IMG/VR virus record: IMGVR_UViG_3300020201_000024
Span: 1 to 55,237 of that record
Source: a virus
Taxonomy: Duplodnaviria; Caudoviricetes
Length of the DNA stretch: 55,237 bases
Strand: one strand, 5' to 3'
The notes beneath the pieces were generated by a model. The model saw only the letters and a list, made by a program, of their open reading frames with translations. It was not told the DNA's origin and searched no databases. Position 1 is the first letter of the stretch. Each line of letters opens with the position of its first letter. A program made the translations under genes and the position numbers. Of this stretch, positions 8,733 through 18,534 are shown piece after piece.

Positions 8733-10441
8733 AAATAAACCTCAAGCGCATCAAGAAAATTGCTTCCGATGACCACACCACCACGTTGCGCACCCATGAC
8801 GGACATGAGGTTGTGGTTAGCCACAAGTCTTTGCATCCCGCCACACGCGGCGCTCTAGCCGCCATGCCCATGATTGGCGATGGTAAACTTAAAGCTATGG
8901 CTCAGGGCGGCGCAGTACAACAGGGCGGCCCGGAAGTTGCACGTAAAGAGATGTACGAGTCAGGCGGCGGCGTAGAGGAGTCTCCAGACCCCTCTGATAT
9001 GGACCCACAGTCCGCGCCGGCAAATAAAGCTGCGCCTAAGAAGTTTGCAGAAGGTACGCCCGACGGCCCTATTAAAGCCCCCCTTATCCCGGATGATATG
9101 ATTAACCCTAACGCCGGGGCTATGTCCCAAGCTAGGGCCGCCGCAGCACCGCAGGAGATGACCCAGGGCCAGCAAGTAGCAGTTGACCCCGGCGCCCTCC
9201 CCTACGGTATCTCTCCTGAGCAAGCCCTTAGCGGTGACCAGGCCCCTCCAGCCGCTACCCCCATGCAAATGGAAGGTAATGCGCAGCCGCCAGCGCAAGC
9301 CCCGGGCAGCCCTCCAGCACAACCAGACCCTTACGGATTTAATGCGCATGAGGCGGCGTATAATCAAGGGCTAGAGAGCGAAAAGAAGGGTTTGCAGCAA
9401 GCGTCTAGTGCGGAGGCCGCCGTAGGGCAGGCTCAGGCTCGGCTACTGGGTACACAACAGGCAATACAAGCTACGCAAGCTACTGAGTTTCAGACTTATA
9501 TAAAGGTTCTGAATACCGAGCGTGAGTCTCTAATGGCAGACATTAAAAACCAGCATATCGATCCCAATCGGTTTGTTAATAACATGAGCACCTCCTCTAA
9601 GATTTCTACGGCTCTTGGTCTTATTGCTTCTGGCATGGGGTCTGCAATGGCGCATCAAGAAAACCTTGCGGCTAAATTCTTGACTCAACAGATTGACAAT
9701 GACATTAATGCTCAAAAATCGGAGTTAGGAAAGAAAGAAAACCTTCTATCCGCTAACTTTAGACAGTTCGGTAACATGCGAGACGCCATGGACATGACGA
9801 GGGTTATGCAATCCGACATCTTGGGCAACCAGCTTAAGCAGGCGGCGGCCCAGCAACAGTCTCCTATGGCTAAAGCTAACCTATTGAAAGCTTTGGGACA
9901 ACTAGAAATTCAATCTGCCCCTATCGTCTCCCAAATGGCGATGCGCAAGACTTTACTCTCTGGCGCGTCTAAGGGGCAAATTGCCCCCGAGTCAGTTATC
10001 CGCATGGTTGTTCCGGAGCATGAGCAAGCGGGAGCTACCAAAGAACTGAAAGAAGCTCAAACCTCTTATAAAGCGCGCGACAACGTACTAAGTGCTTTTG
10101 ACAAGATTGCCGAGATTAATACGCTGAGTAACCGAGCACTTAGCCCTTTTCAATCAACCCGGCAAATTGCCGCACTTAGAGACCCCGTGGTAGCCTCCCT
10201 CTCTAAAGAGACGGCGGGGCGCTTTACTGAGCAGGACGCGCATATGCTTGCCACCCTCTTCCCCCAGGCCGGTGATACCCCTGAAACCCTCATCATGAAG
10301 AGGGGGCAGACTAACAAGCTTATTAACGAAAAGCTTAACTTCCCCGCATTAAAAAAATGGGGTATTGACTTATCGAGTACGGGCAGGTATGATAGTGTTG
10401 GCAATCTTAAGATTGTAAAATCCGCTCCAAAGCAAAAGTAA
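8729..10441 (+). CDS. Probable internal virion/ejection protein
   Basis: 570 aa; P/A/Q-rich linker, helical body, one hydrophobic segment (ALGLIASGMGSAM); GTGA overlap. Confidence 0.6.
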   Translation: MKINLKRIKKIASDDHTTTLRTHDGHEVVVSHKSLHPATRGALAAMPMIGDGKLKAMAQGGAVQQGGPEVARKEMYESGGGVEESPDPSDMDPQSAPANKAAPKKFAEGTPDGPIKAPLIPDDMINPNAGAMSQARAAAAPQEMTQGQQVAVDPGALPYGISPEQALSGDQAPPAATPMQMEGNAQPPAQAPGSPPAQPDPYGFNAHEAAYNQGLESEKKGLQQASSAEAAVGQAQARLLGTQQAIQATQATEFQTYIKVLNTERESLMADIKNQHIDPNRFVNNMSTSSKISTALGLIASGMGSAMAHQENLAAKFLTQQIDNDINAQKSELGKKENLLSANFRQFGNMRDAMDMTRVMQSDILGNQLKQAAAQQQSPMAKANLLKALGQLEIQSAPIVSQMAMRKTLLSGASKGQIAPESVIRMVVPEHEQAGATKELKEAQTSYKARDNVLSAFDKIAEINTLSNRALSPFQSTRQIAALRDPVVASLSKETAGRFTEQDAHMLATLFPQAGDTPETLIMKRGQTNKLINEKLNFPALKKWGIDLSSTGRYDSVGNLKIVKSAPKQK

Positions 10442-10451
10442 AGGTATTACC

Positions 10452-13400
10452 ATGAAGGTAACTAAGAAAAAGTTCGCAGATGGAGGCGCTACGTATGGAG
10501 CTAAGCCTACTACGATTGAAGAAAGCTCTGTGGATGGAGCTAAGCATATTACGATTAAAGGGGGCCCTACGTATGAAGCTAAGCCTACTACGATTGAAGG
10601 GGGCTCTGTGTATGGAGCTAAGCCTATTACGATTGAAGAGGCCCTTCTCTCTATGCAAAAGCGAGATATTGCCAATACGATAGGCCACCAAGTCTATCCC
10701 GCCCCTAACCCCGCTTACTTTGAACCTAAATATGGAGCTAAGCCTATTACGATTGAAGAGGCCCTTCTCTCTATGCAAAAGCGAAATATGGCCAATACGA
10801 TAGGCCAAGCCTATCCCGCCCGTAACCCCGCTTACTTTGACCCTAAAGATGAGGCGTTAGAGAATCCTCTGTTTAGCCCAGAGGACTTGGTAGCACTGCC
10901 TGCGGACCTCGCGGCTAAGGGTGTTATGCGTGTTGGAGAAGCTGCGGCGCCCTATGTGAAGGCCGGGGCTAAGGCTATAGGTAGAGGCGCTGCGGCGCTT
11001 ATGGAAGACGAGTCAGGTAACCTAGGCCGTAAAGGTGTTCAAGCCCTTATGCCAGAGCTTCCCCCTGAAGTCCCTATGTACTCTAAACTGGAGGAAACGG
11101 TTAATTCTAAAATCCGTCAATCCATGCCCAGTGAGTATGTTAAAGCTACCCTCAAAAATGCAGGCGTCACTGCGGACGAGCTAGAAGTTTATGGGGTGGA
11201 CGGATTTTTAAAAGGTAAAAAAACCGTAACCCCCGAAGAACTAAAAGAGTTTGTTAAAAATAATCGCCCCAATATTGAAAAACACTCTTATGGCGATAAA
11301 ATTGAGAAGTTTGACGATGCAGGCATTCCGGAGGATTTTGAAATATCCGACAGGGACATAGCTAGATCGTGGGATAACTTAGAAGATAAAGATGACTTTG
11401 ATGAGGCGTGGATGGAGTACCGAGACACCCTCAGGTCCGAACACTCCGACAATCCGATAAACAGGTTTAAAGTTGAGCCCGTAGAAACGCGCGGAGGCTC
11501 TACTAAATACGTTTTAGATTTAGGGGATGAAGAGTTTACTACGGGGTACGGGCAACGCCGTAAATCACACACCGGCAGCTTAGAGTTTGGTACTGAAGAC
11601 GAAGCGCAAAGCGTTTTAAATGATATTATAGATAACTGGGAAGAGGGCTTTGAGCTTTCTGATCAAGACACCGCCAACGTAGCGGCGCCCTTTATTGAAG
11701 CTCACGGCGTGCAAGTGCGCCGGGAGGCTTGGGAACGGGCTTTAGAGGAAAACCCCGACTTAGCCCCTCCCGCCAAAAGTCTCCCCGATGGGGCGCTCAA
11801 AAGGGCAGAGGCGCCCCTTAGCGGGAAAACTAAATATAAAAATTACACGTTAGAGGGGGGAGAAAATTACCGTGAGGACCTCTTTACCGGCCCAAGCAAG
11901 ACTTCATTTACGGCGGAGCGAGCAGAGAAGGACTTCCGCAGCGTAGTAGCTAAGACTGAAGACTCTCTTACCCTAAAAGGGGTCGATACGCACAGTCCGG
12001 AAATGGCAGAGTACGTCGATACCTTACGCGACTCCGCAAAAGTAGAGGATAAAGAGGTTGTAAAAGCCTATGATGCGGTTGTCCCCCCTTGGAAGCGCAC
12101 TGCTAAGTTAACTATTTCTCAAAAAGAAGCCCAACTTGAGGAACTTGAGGGCGAACTCGACGGTATAAACAGCGGGTATGAGGCAAAAAAAGATGAAATC
12201 CTACGCGACGCGGTTGAGGCGTCGCAGGAGTCGTCGGTTGCTCAATTAGAAACACTTGATGCTCAAAGAGATCTTGCGGCGGAGCTTAATCGGGACAAAC
12301 GCGTCAAATTACGCAAGGATACTGCAGATTTAAGACTATCTCTTGAAAACACTTCGGGTGAATACAAGGGTTCCCATTTTGGCGACCGCCAGCCCAATAT
12401 CTTTGTGCACGCACGCACTACCGAGCGCGACCTTCCGGGCGTTGGTAAATCTTTGCACGTAGAAGAGATCCAGTCAGACGGGCATCAAGAGGCGCGGAAG
12501 GTCGGCTATGTGGGTGAAGCCGCCAAGCCTTACACAGGTATTGTATTTGGGCAGGAAGTACAAGATGCGCACTTAGCTAAGATGCAAGGTCAACTTGACG
12601 AATACATGCGTAAGCACAACCTCACAGACCGCACTTCGGCCTTGTCGCAAGCGGAGCAAGCGGGAGTATTTAACCCCCAGGACATGCAAAAGCTGGCAGA
12701 TATCCAATCCTATAAACTTCACCAAGAAAACCCTTCCGGTATTCCTGAAATGATTATGGCTAAAGGTTGGGAAGACCATGGCTTTAAGCGGTCTTTGCAG
12801 AAAGCTGTTGATCAAGACAAGGATTACCTGACCTGGAATACGGGCGAAATTTCCGCCAGGATTAACAGTACTCCCAAAGAAGGACATGAGGGGCAAAAAT
12901 TTGCGTATGATAAAAAATACCCTGGAATTATTAAACGGTTAATTAATCAATTTGACTCTAGCATTACAGTAGAGAAGGTACGAGTAGGAACTGGAGAAGG
13001 CAAGACGGCGGAAGTTTGGGGCATCAAGCTCACCCCTAAGCTTAAAAATGCTCTACGCAAAAAAGGATTTGCTAACTTTGCATCAGGCGGTATGGTTGGC
13101 TACGCGAATGGCGGCGGGGTTGTAGGCAGTCAACCAGGAGACAATGGAACCTTAATTCCTTATGATGCCGCTCCTACCGATGCTGCTCCTACCGATGTTA
13201 TTGACCCCTATACTCCCGATCCAATTGATCAACAATCTTCAGATGTTAACGTAATTACCCCCGAAGGAGACCTCGTCTCTATCCCCCAGGAGAGTCTGGC
13301 GCAAGCGTTACAGCTTGGATACTCTCACGCGCCACAGCAACAGGTTGAAAATCACTTTCAACAGAAGAAATATGGCGCTGCGGGGCAGCAAGCTATTGCC

Positions 13401-15956
13401 GGACTTGAGGGCGTCGCTTCGGGCGTTGTGGGCAGCACTTTGGCTACCGCCGCTGAGCGGGGCTTTGGGGTTAACCCTGCCGATATCCGCGCGCGAGAAG
13501 CTGCTAACCCCGGCACCCACTTAGCCGGTGAGGTTGTAGGCTTTGCTGGTAGCGCATTAGCGGGCACAGGCGAAGCTGCTTTACTAGGTAAGGCAGGGGA
13601 AGCTGCCGCCAGTGCTGTAAAGCTTACTGGGGGCTGGCAGAAGCAGGTAGCGCAGGATGTGGTAAGGGCGGCCTTTGAGGGTGTCCTTTACCAGGCTGAT
13701 CAGGAGCTTGGGCGAGTAGTTAAACAAGACCCAGAAGTGGGCGCAGGGTACGCGATTGTCAATATTGGCTTAGCGGGCGTCATGGGCGGTGTATTTGGAG
13801 GAGCAACGGGCGCAGCTTTGAGGAAACTCGGAGTGCACCCCGAATTACCTTCTGCTCAAGTTGACGAAGGCCCCTTTGTGTCCGGCATGGACATGGCGGC
13901 CTATGAAGCGGGCGACCTTAAGACCCACGTAGCCGTTAGCACCGATATTGCCCCCGCTAAAAAGGAAGGGCTGCTCTCTGCATTTAAGCTTAACAAACAA
14001 AAACATAACGCCAAAGAGATTAAAGAAGCAGCTAAGACCATAGGAGCGCCTGAAACTCCTGGCATGACTCTTGAATCTCCTTTGATTCAAATGCAGCTTG
14101 ACTCCCTTGCTCATAGCCCATACACCTACTCGGGTAACAAGATTAGGGGTCAACTCGACGCTGCCTATAGCACCGCTGAGGGGGCTTTGGAGGGGGCTAC
14201 TAAATCCGCTAGTGGTTTGTCTAAGGAAGAGTTAGGGCTTTCTGTTCAAAAATCTCTTACTGACCAGATCAAGACTGCCTACGCTCCCGTCAAAACCGCT
14301 TTTGAGGAAGTGTCCGCGTTGCATCCTAACGTACCTGTTGAGTTGAAGTCTATTGGAGCGTTTAAAGAGGGGCTTAAGGACATCAAAGAGATCGCTTTGG
14401 GACCTAGTACCGACGAGGGCAAGCTTGCCCGTCAAGTTATTAGCGCACTTCAAAACGCTAAGACTGCGGAAGACATTGGAATTGTTCGCAATATGGCGGC
14501 TTTGAAGAAGTCGGGCCTTGGCGCAGACCCTATGGGACGCATTAAAGGCGTCTTGCGCGACCGCTTAGCTGAGATGCAAGACGACGCCGTAGCACGGTAC
14601 GCTAAAAGTTTTCCTCGTAACGACGAAGCGGGCGCTTTGATGGGCAGCTTGATTGACCAAAACGCCGCCGCTAAGGAGGCGTATAAGCCTTATATCCGCA
14701 AGGTAGGCGAATTGAGCGAATGGCTAGGTAAGGGTAAAATCCACGGTACCGCAGACGCTTTGAATTTTATGAACGAGCGGCTAACGGCTACCGACATCTC
14801 TAAGCGTATGTTTAGCGCCGCTAAAGACCCTGCGTTTATTAAGTTCTTCTCTAAGGAGTTTCCTGAACAGTTTCAGTTAGTTAGAGACCATCAACGTATG
14901 GCTTTGCGGGACGCTGCAACTACCGGCGAGTCGTTCAGCCCTAAAGTATTCTTTAACAAATACAATAAGTTAGAGCCTGAGATTCAGCGGGCGCTGTATA
15001 CTGTGGAAGAAATGAGAAAAATTGCCGCTTCGGAAACCTATATCCGCGACGCCTTTCCTAAGAATTTCAACCCGTCCGGCACCGCGCATGCCCTTGCCCT
15101 AAAATCCGCATATGGTAGCCCCAAAGGTCTCCTTTTGGCTAACGCCAGAGATTACGCCATGGAGAAGGTCATTAACGCTTCCAGCAACATAAAAACGCAG
15201 CAAGCGCAAGCTTTGGCAGAGGCTACTATTAAAGGAGACCGCCTCTCTACGAAAGCAGTAAAAGCTATTTTCAACCCTATGAAAGATGCCATGCCCTCAG
15301 CCGTGTACCCCCTTGCAGCGCATAGGGACAAGCTAGAGCGCATTGTAGCCGGGTACCAGGCGGACCCATCTAAAATGTTTGGGCAAAACGATAGCAACCC
15401 TGTACCGGCCTATGCTCAGGCTTTTTCTGGGACTACTGCGCGGGCGATGAGTCTATTAGTGGCGGCTAAGCCCGGTATGGTACCTCGTAACCCCCTGGAT
15501 ACCATCATCCCCGCTTCTAAGCCTCAGCAAGCTCAGTACACGCGTACCCTGGACATTGCCCAACAGCCTCTAAGCGTACTAGCTAGAATTAAAAACAACA
15601 CGTTGGTTAGCGCGGACGTAGTGCTGCTTAAGACTTTGTATCCCACTATCTATAACGGGTTATCTCAGAAATTAATGAACACTATCATTGAGATGAAGGG
15701 TAAAGGTAAGGTCATCCCTTACAATACCCGCATTCAGCTTAGCGTATTCCTTGGGCAGCCTCTGGATAGCACTATGACTCAGCCCTCTATTGCCGCCGCA
15801 CAAGCTAAACCTTTGGCGCAACAACAGCCGCAAGAGTCTGCTCAAACTCCCAAAACTGGGGTTAGAAGAAATACAGGGGCTTTGGAGAAGCTTGGAACCT
15901 CTTATCAGACAACTTCGCAGGGGCGTGTCAGAGATCGATCAGACGGTAAACTTTAA
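10452..15956 (+). CDS. Large internal virion/ejection protein with N-terminal polyvalent-protein-like domain
   Basis: 1834 aa; motifs YSKLEE, GENYREDL, SHF..NIFVHART.ER, LHVEEIQSD resemble large polyvalent protein domains; C-terminal half has glycine-rich hydrophobic segments. Confidence 0.6.
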   Translation: MKVTKKKFADGGATYGAKPTTIEESSVDGAKHITIKGGPTYEAKPTTIEGGSVYGAKPITIEEALLSMQKRDIANTIGHQVYPAPNPAYFEPKYGAKPITIEEALLSMQKRNMANTIGQAYPARNPAYFDPKDEALENPLFSPEDLVALPADLAAKGVMRVGEAAAPYVKAGAKAIGRGAAALMEDESGNLGRKGVQALMPELPPEVPMYSKLEETVNSKIRQSMPSEYVKATLKNAGVTADELEVYGVDGFLKGKKTVTPEELKEFVKNNRPNIEKHSYGDKIEKFDDAGIPEDFEISDRDIARSWDNLEDKDDFDEAWMEYRDTLRSEHSDNPINRFKVEPVETRGGSTKYVLDLGDEEFTTGYGQRRKSHTGSLEFGTEDEAQSVLNDIIDNWEEGFELSDQDTANVAAPFIEAHGVQVRREAWERALEENPDLAPPAKSLPDGALKRAEAPLSGKTKYKNYTLEGGENYREDLFTGPSKTSFTAERAEKDFRSVVAKTEDSLTLKGVDTHSPEMAEYVDTLRDSAKVEDKEVVKAYDAVVPPWKRTAKLTISQKEAQLEELEGELDGINSGYEAKKDEILRDAVEASQESSVAQLETLDAQRDLAAELNRDKRVKLRKDTADLRLSLENTSGEYKGSHFGDRQPNIFVHARTTERDLPGVGKSLHVEEIQSDGHQEARKVGYVGEAAKPYTGIVFGQEVQDAHLAKMQGQLDEYMRKHNLTDRTSALSQAEQAGVFNPQDMQKLADIQSYKLHQENPSGIPEMIMAKGWEDHGFKRSLQKAVDQDKDYLTWNTGEISARINSTPKEGHEGQKFAYDKKYPGIIKRLINQFDSSITVEKVRVGTGEGKTAEVWGIKLTPKLKNALRKKGFANFASGGMVGYANGGGVVGSQPGDNGTLIPYDAAPTDAAPTDVIDPYTPDPIDQQSSDVNVITPEGDLVSIPQESLAQALQLGYSHAPQQQVENHFQQKKYGAAGQQAIAGLEGVASGVVGSTLATAAERGFGVNPADIRAREAANPGTHLAGEVVGFAGSALAGTGEAALLGKAGEAAASAVKLTGGWQKQVAQDVVRAAFEGVLYQADQELGRVVKQDPEVGAGYAIVNIGLAGVMGGVFGGATGAALRKLGVHPELPSAQVDEGPFVSGMDMAAYEAGDLKTHVAVSTDIAPAKKEGLLSAFKLNKQKHNAKEIKEAAKTIGAPETPGMTLESPLIQMQLDSLAHSPYTYSGNKIRGQLDAAYSTAEGALEGATKSASGLSKEELGLSVQKSLTDQIKTAYAPVKTAFEEVSALHPNVPVELKSIGAFKEGLKDIKEIALGPSTDEGKLARQVISALQNAKTAEDIGIVRNMAALKKSGLGADPMGRIKGVLRDRLAEMQDDAVARYAKSFPRNDEAGALMGSLIDQNAAAKEAYKPYIRKVGELSEWLGKGKIHGTADALNFMNERLTATDISKRMFSAAKDPAFIKFFSKEFPEQFQLVRDHQRMALRDAATTGESFSPKVFFNKYNKLEPEIQRALYTVEEMRKIAASETYIRDAFPKNFNPSGTAHALALKSAYGSPKGLLLANARDYAMEKVINASSNIKTQQAQALAEATIKGDRLSTKAVKAIFNPMKDAMPSAVYPLAAHRDKLERIVAGYQADPSKMFGQNDSNPVPAYAQAFSGTTARAMSLLVAAKPGMVPRNPLDTIIPASKPQQAQYTRTLDIAQQPLSVLARIKNNTLVSADVVLLKTLYPTIYNGLSQKLMNTIIEMKGKGKVIPYNTRIQLSVFLGQPLDSTMTQPSIAAAQAKPLAQQQPQESAQTPKTGVRRNTGALEKLGTSYQTTSQGRVRDRSDGKL
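10494..10846 (+). repeat. Intragenic tandem repeats (YGAKPxTIEE; 39-nt units plus a 120-nt duplication)
   Basis: tatggagctaagcctattacgattgaagaggcccttctctctatgcaaaagcga at 10611 and 10731; shorter related units near 10494, 10533 and 10572. Confidence 0.85.
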
Positions 15957-16001
15957 GTCCCAATAGGATCATTATAATTTCCTACGTAGGAAAATAGGCC
16001 C

Positions 16002-16310
16002 TCATAGTGTACTTGGCGGAGGAGGGTAGCACCTGAAGCAGTCAGACCCATGCACGTCATGCGGACAGCGGTCCTTTTCGGATAGTTCCATAATTCGCTT
16101 CGCGCAACCAGATGCGCTCGCAGCATGTTCTGGACAATGTGGGTAGGCTAAATACCGTTCAACTTCCAGTTGACACAGCTTCGCCGCCTCCCTCATCCCC
16201 TCGGCGCGGGCTTCGCGGAGGGCTTGGGCGATAATTACGACTGAATCTGGACCTGGTTCGCCATTCTCGGAAGCACAGCACGCTTCCCATACCTTCTCTG
16301 CTTCGTTCAT
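16002..16310 (-). CDS. Hypothetical protein with C-terminal Cys/His cluster
   Basis: 102 aa, CPHDVHGSDCFRC; GAGGA upstream on the minus strand. Confidence 0.6.
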   Translation of the reverse strand: MNEAEKVWEACCASENGEPGPDSVVIIAQALREARAEGMREAAKLCQLEVERYLAYPHCPEHAASASGCAKRIMELSEKDRCPHDVHGSDCFRCYPPPPSTL

Positions 16311-16332
16311 GGCTTCGCTTCCTCTTCTGGCG

Positions 16333-16836
16333 TCATTTAGCGTCGTCCCGATGGTACCATCTACCGTCTTTGTCTAGGTAGTACTTATCAAGAGGGCGGT
16401 GCGAGTTCAGGGAAGGCGAAGCGAGGGAGGGCGCTGGGGCGTTGTTGCGATGATACCATCTACCGTCTTGGCCTAGGTAGTACTTATCGAGATGGCGCCC
16501 CAAGTCCAGGGATAGGTCGTCGACGATGTGCTGGGGCGCTGGGGCGTTGTCGGCGAAGCGGTACCATTTACCATCTTTGCCCATGTAGTGATGACGTAGG
16601 AAAGTACTGAGGGCGACGGGGTTTGGTCGTAGCGGGCCCCAATTATCCGGCACTGCGGGCTTGGAGCGGGCTGGGTCGGGTTTAATGGTACCTAAGTTGA
16701 TGGTGTGCTCATGCTCGGGGTTGCGCATAATAATCTCTGCCAATTCCTTTTTACACGCGCGGCAATACTTGTAAGTCTCCCCCAAAGAGGTCGCTTGGGC
16801 GTCTACCATTTCAGTACAACATTGTGGACAATTCAT
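16333..16836 (-). CDS. Hypothetical protein: N-terminal zinc ribbon plus three YYLxxDGRWYH repeats
   Basis: CPQC...CRAC; repeats HYMGKDGKWYR, YYLGQDGRWYH, YYLDKDGRWYH; AGGAGG SD. Confidence 0.7.
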   Translation of the reverse strand: MNCPQCCTEMVDAQATSLGETYKYCRACKKELAEIIMRNPEHEHTINLGTIKPDPARSKPAVPDNWGPLRPNPVALSTFLRHHYMGKDGKWYRFADNAPAPQHIVDDLSLDLGRHLDKYYLGQDGRWYHRNNAPAPSLASPSLNSHRPLDKYYLDKDGRWYHRDDAK

Positions 16837-16865
16837 TAGATCCTCCTGCCAGCGGCAATAGTAAG

Positions 16866-16894
16866 AGTGTGCCTTCTAAAGAGTAATATTGCAA
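16866..16894 (-). promoter_or_regulatory. Sigma70-like promoter for the two-gene minus-strand insert
   Basis: TTGCAA-17 nt-CACACT on the minus strand. Confidence 0.4.
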
Positions 16895-16969
16895 GATAAA
16901 CTTGGGTTAGGCACAATATCCTATTTATACCGGGGTCATAAGCCCTTAACCTATAAGGGGTATAGCCAC

Positions 16970-17353
16970 ATGGCACGTAAAAATGTACTGAAATTTGAAG
17001 CCTCCACCTCCCAAAGCATGGCTAGTAACTTTATCTCAGAACCTACTGTTATCAAGTACTTAGACAACTGCTCCTATCAAATCCTTATCACTACTATCGA
17101 TTCTACCGGCTCGTTTGCCGTGCAGGCTAGCAATGATTATGAGCCTAATGAACCCGGCGTTGCTGAACCTAACCCCGGTAATTGGGCCGCGCTCCCCCTG
17201 TCTGGTGCTCCTACCGCAGGCGGTGCAGACGACTCTATTGTTATTGACCTTAACCAACTGCCCTATACGGCCCTGCGCGTGGCCTATACCGTGGTTACTC
17301 CCGGAACGGGTACTTGCGACATCATCTTTAACTCAAAACAGGTAGGGGGCTAA
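16970..17353 (+). CDS. Tail fibre adaptor-like protein A (paralog of 20846-21214)
   Basis: Shares DD..IDLNQ...R..YT....G.GT with the 20846 gene; start re-called to ATG 16970 after AAGGGG. Confidence 0.6.
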   Translation: MARKNVLKFEASTSQSMASNFISEPTVIKYLDNCSYQILITTIDSTGSFAVQASNDYEPNEPGVAEPNPGNWAALPLSGAPTAGGADDSIVIDLNQLPYTALRVAYTVVTPGTGTCDIIFNSKQVGG

Positions 17354-17355
17354 CC

Positions 17356-18534
17356 ATGAGTCAAGCATACTTCTACCCCCCATCGGGCGGCTCTAACGCC
17401 TCTGTAGGCCCTAACGGCGCCCCTATTCAATCATCAAGCACCCTAGTGGCAGGAGAGAGCCCTACGGGTACCCAACTGCCTCTATCCGTTAACGCCAGCG
17501 GCGACCTAATCATTGACGTGCTTACTCCCGCCTCAGTCGTTACCGTGGTGCAGCCCAACGGTGCACTGCTACACGTTACGGTGGATGCGTCCGCCTTGCC
17601 CCTAGGCGCTGCGACGGAAGCTAAGCAGGATACAGGTAACGCCTCCCTAGCGGCTATTGACGTTTCTACGGTTTCTATTGATACCAAAACCCCTGCGCAA
17701 GGGCAGGCCCTTATGGCCGCCTCTGTGCCCGTGGTTATTGCCTCTGATCAAAGCACTTTGCCTATTTCCGCCGCTTCTCTTCCTTTACCTTCGGGCGCGG
17801 CTACAGAAACTACCCTAGCGGCTATTGATACCAAAACCCCTGCGCAAGGGCAGGCCCTTATGGCCGCCTCTGTGCCCGTGGTTATTGCTTCTAATCAGAG
17901 TGTTTTGCCCGTATCGGCTGCTTCTTTGCCCCTACCTTCGGGCGCGGCTACTGCGGCTAACCAGGCCACCGAGATAGCCTCTTTGGCCAGCTTAGATACT
18001 AAGCTGCCTGCTCAAGGGCAAGCCCTTATGGCGGCTTCGGTGCCGGTTACGCTCGCTTCTGACCAAACCACGTTGCCTGTGTCTATTGCCTCTCTTCCCT
18101 TGCCTGCCGGGGGGGCTACTGAGGCTACTTTGGCGGCTATCTCTGCTCAATTGCCTGCGGTTTTAGGTCAAACCACGGCGGCAAATAGCTTATCCGTCAC
18201 TTTGGCCTCTGACCAGGCAGCACTTCCCGTTACTGCGGCTACTCCGGTAGCTTTGACTATTACAAACGCTGCTATTACTGTGGGGGTCACCGCTGTGAGG
18301 CTCACGGTGTCTGGCGGCGCCCCTGCCGTTACCCGGGTAGCTTTGGTAGTTACTCCAGACTCCTTGTCCGGTGCTTTGTTTTACATTGGCTCTAGCTCGG
18401 TTACAAATTCAGGAGCTACTAGAGGCGTTCAAATAGCCGCAGGTCAAACTTTTATTGCTAATAACGACGCTGGCGACTATTGGATTGTTTCTAGCGTAGC
18501 CGCGCAGACCGTGGAAGTTATGGAGCAAGCATAA
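17356..18534 (+). CDS. Fibre protein with ~50-aa internal repeats
   Basis: Repeats LPLPSGAATE..IDTKTPAQGQALMAASVPVVIASDQ; DNA repeat at 17675 and 17822. Confidence 0.65.
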   Translation: MSQAYFYPPSGGSNASVGPNGAPIQSSSTLVAGESPTGTQLPLSVNASGDLIIDVLTPASVVTVVQPNGALLHVTVDASALPLGAATEAKQDTGNASLAAIDVSTVSIDTKTPAQGQALMAASVPVVIASDQSTLPISAASLPLPSGAATETTLAAIDTKTPAQGQALMAASVPVVIASNQSVLPVSAASLPLPSGAATAANQATEIASLASLDTKLPAQGQALMAASVPVTLASDQTTLPVSIASLPLPAGGATEATLAAISAQLPAVLGQTTAANSLSVTLASDQAALPVTAATPVALTITNAAITVGVTAVRLTVSGGAPAVTRVALVVTPDSLSGALFYIGSSSVTNSGATRGVQIAAGQTFIANNDAGDYWIVSSVAAQTVEVMEQA

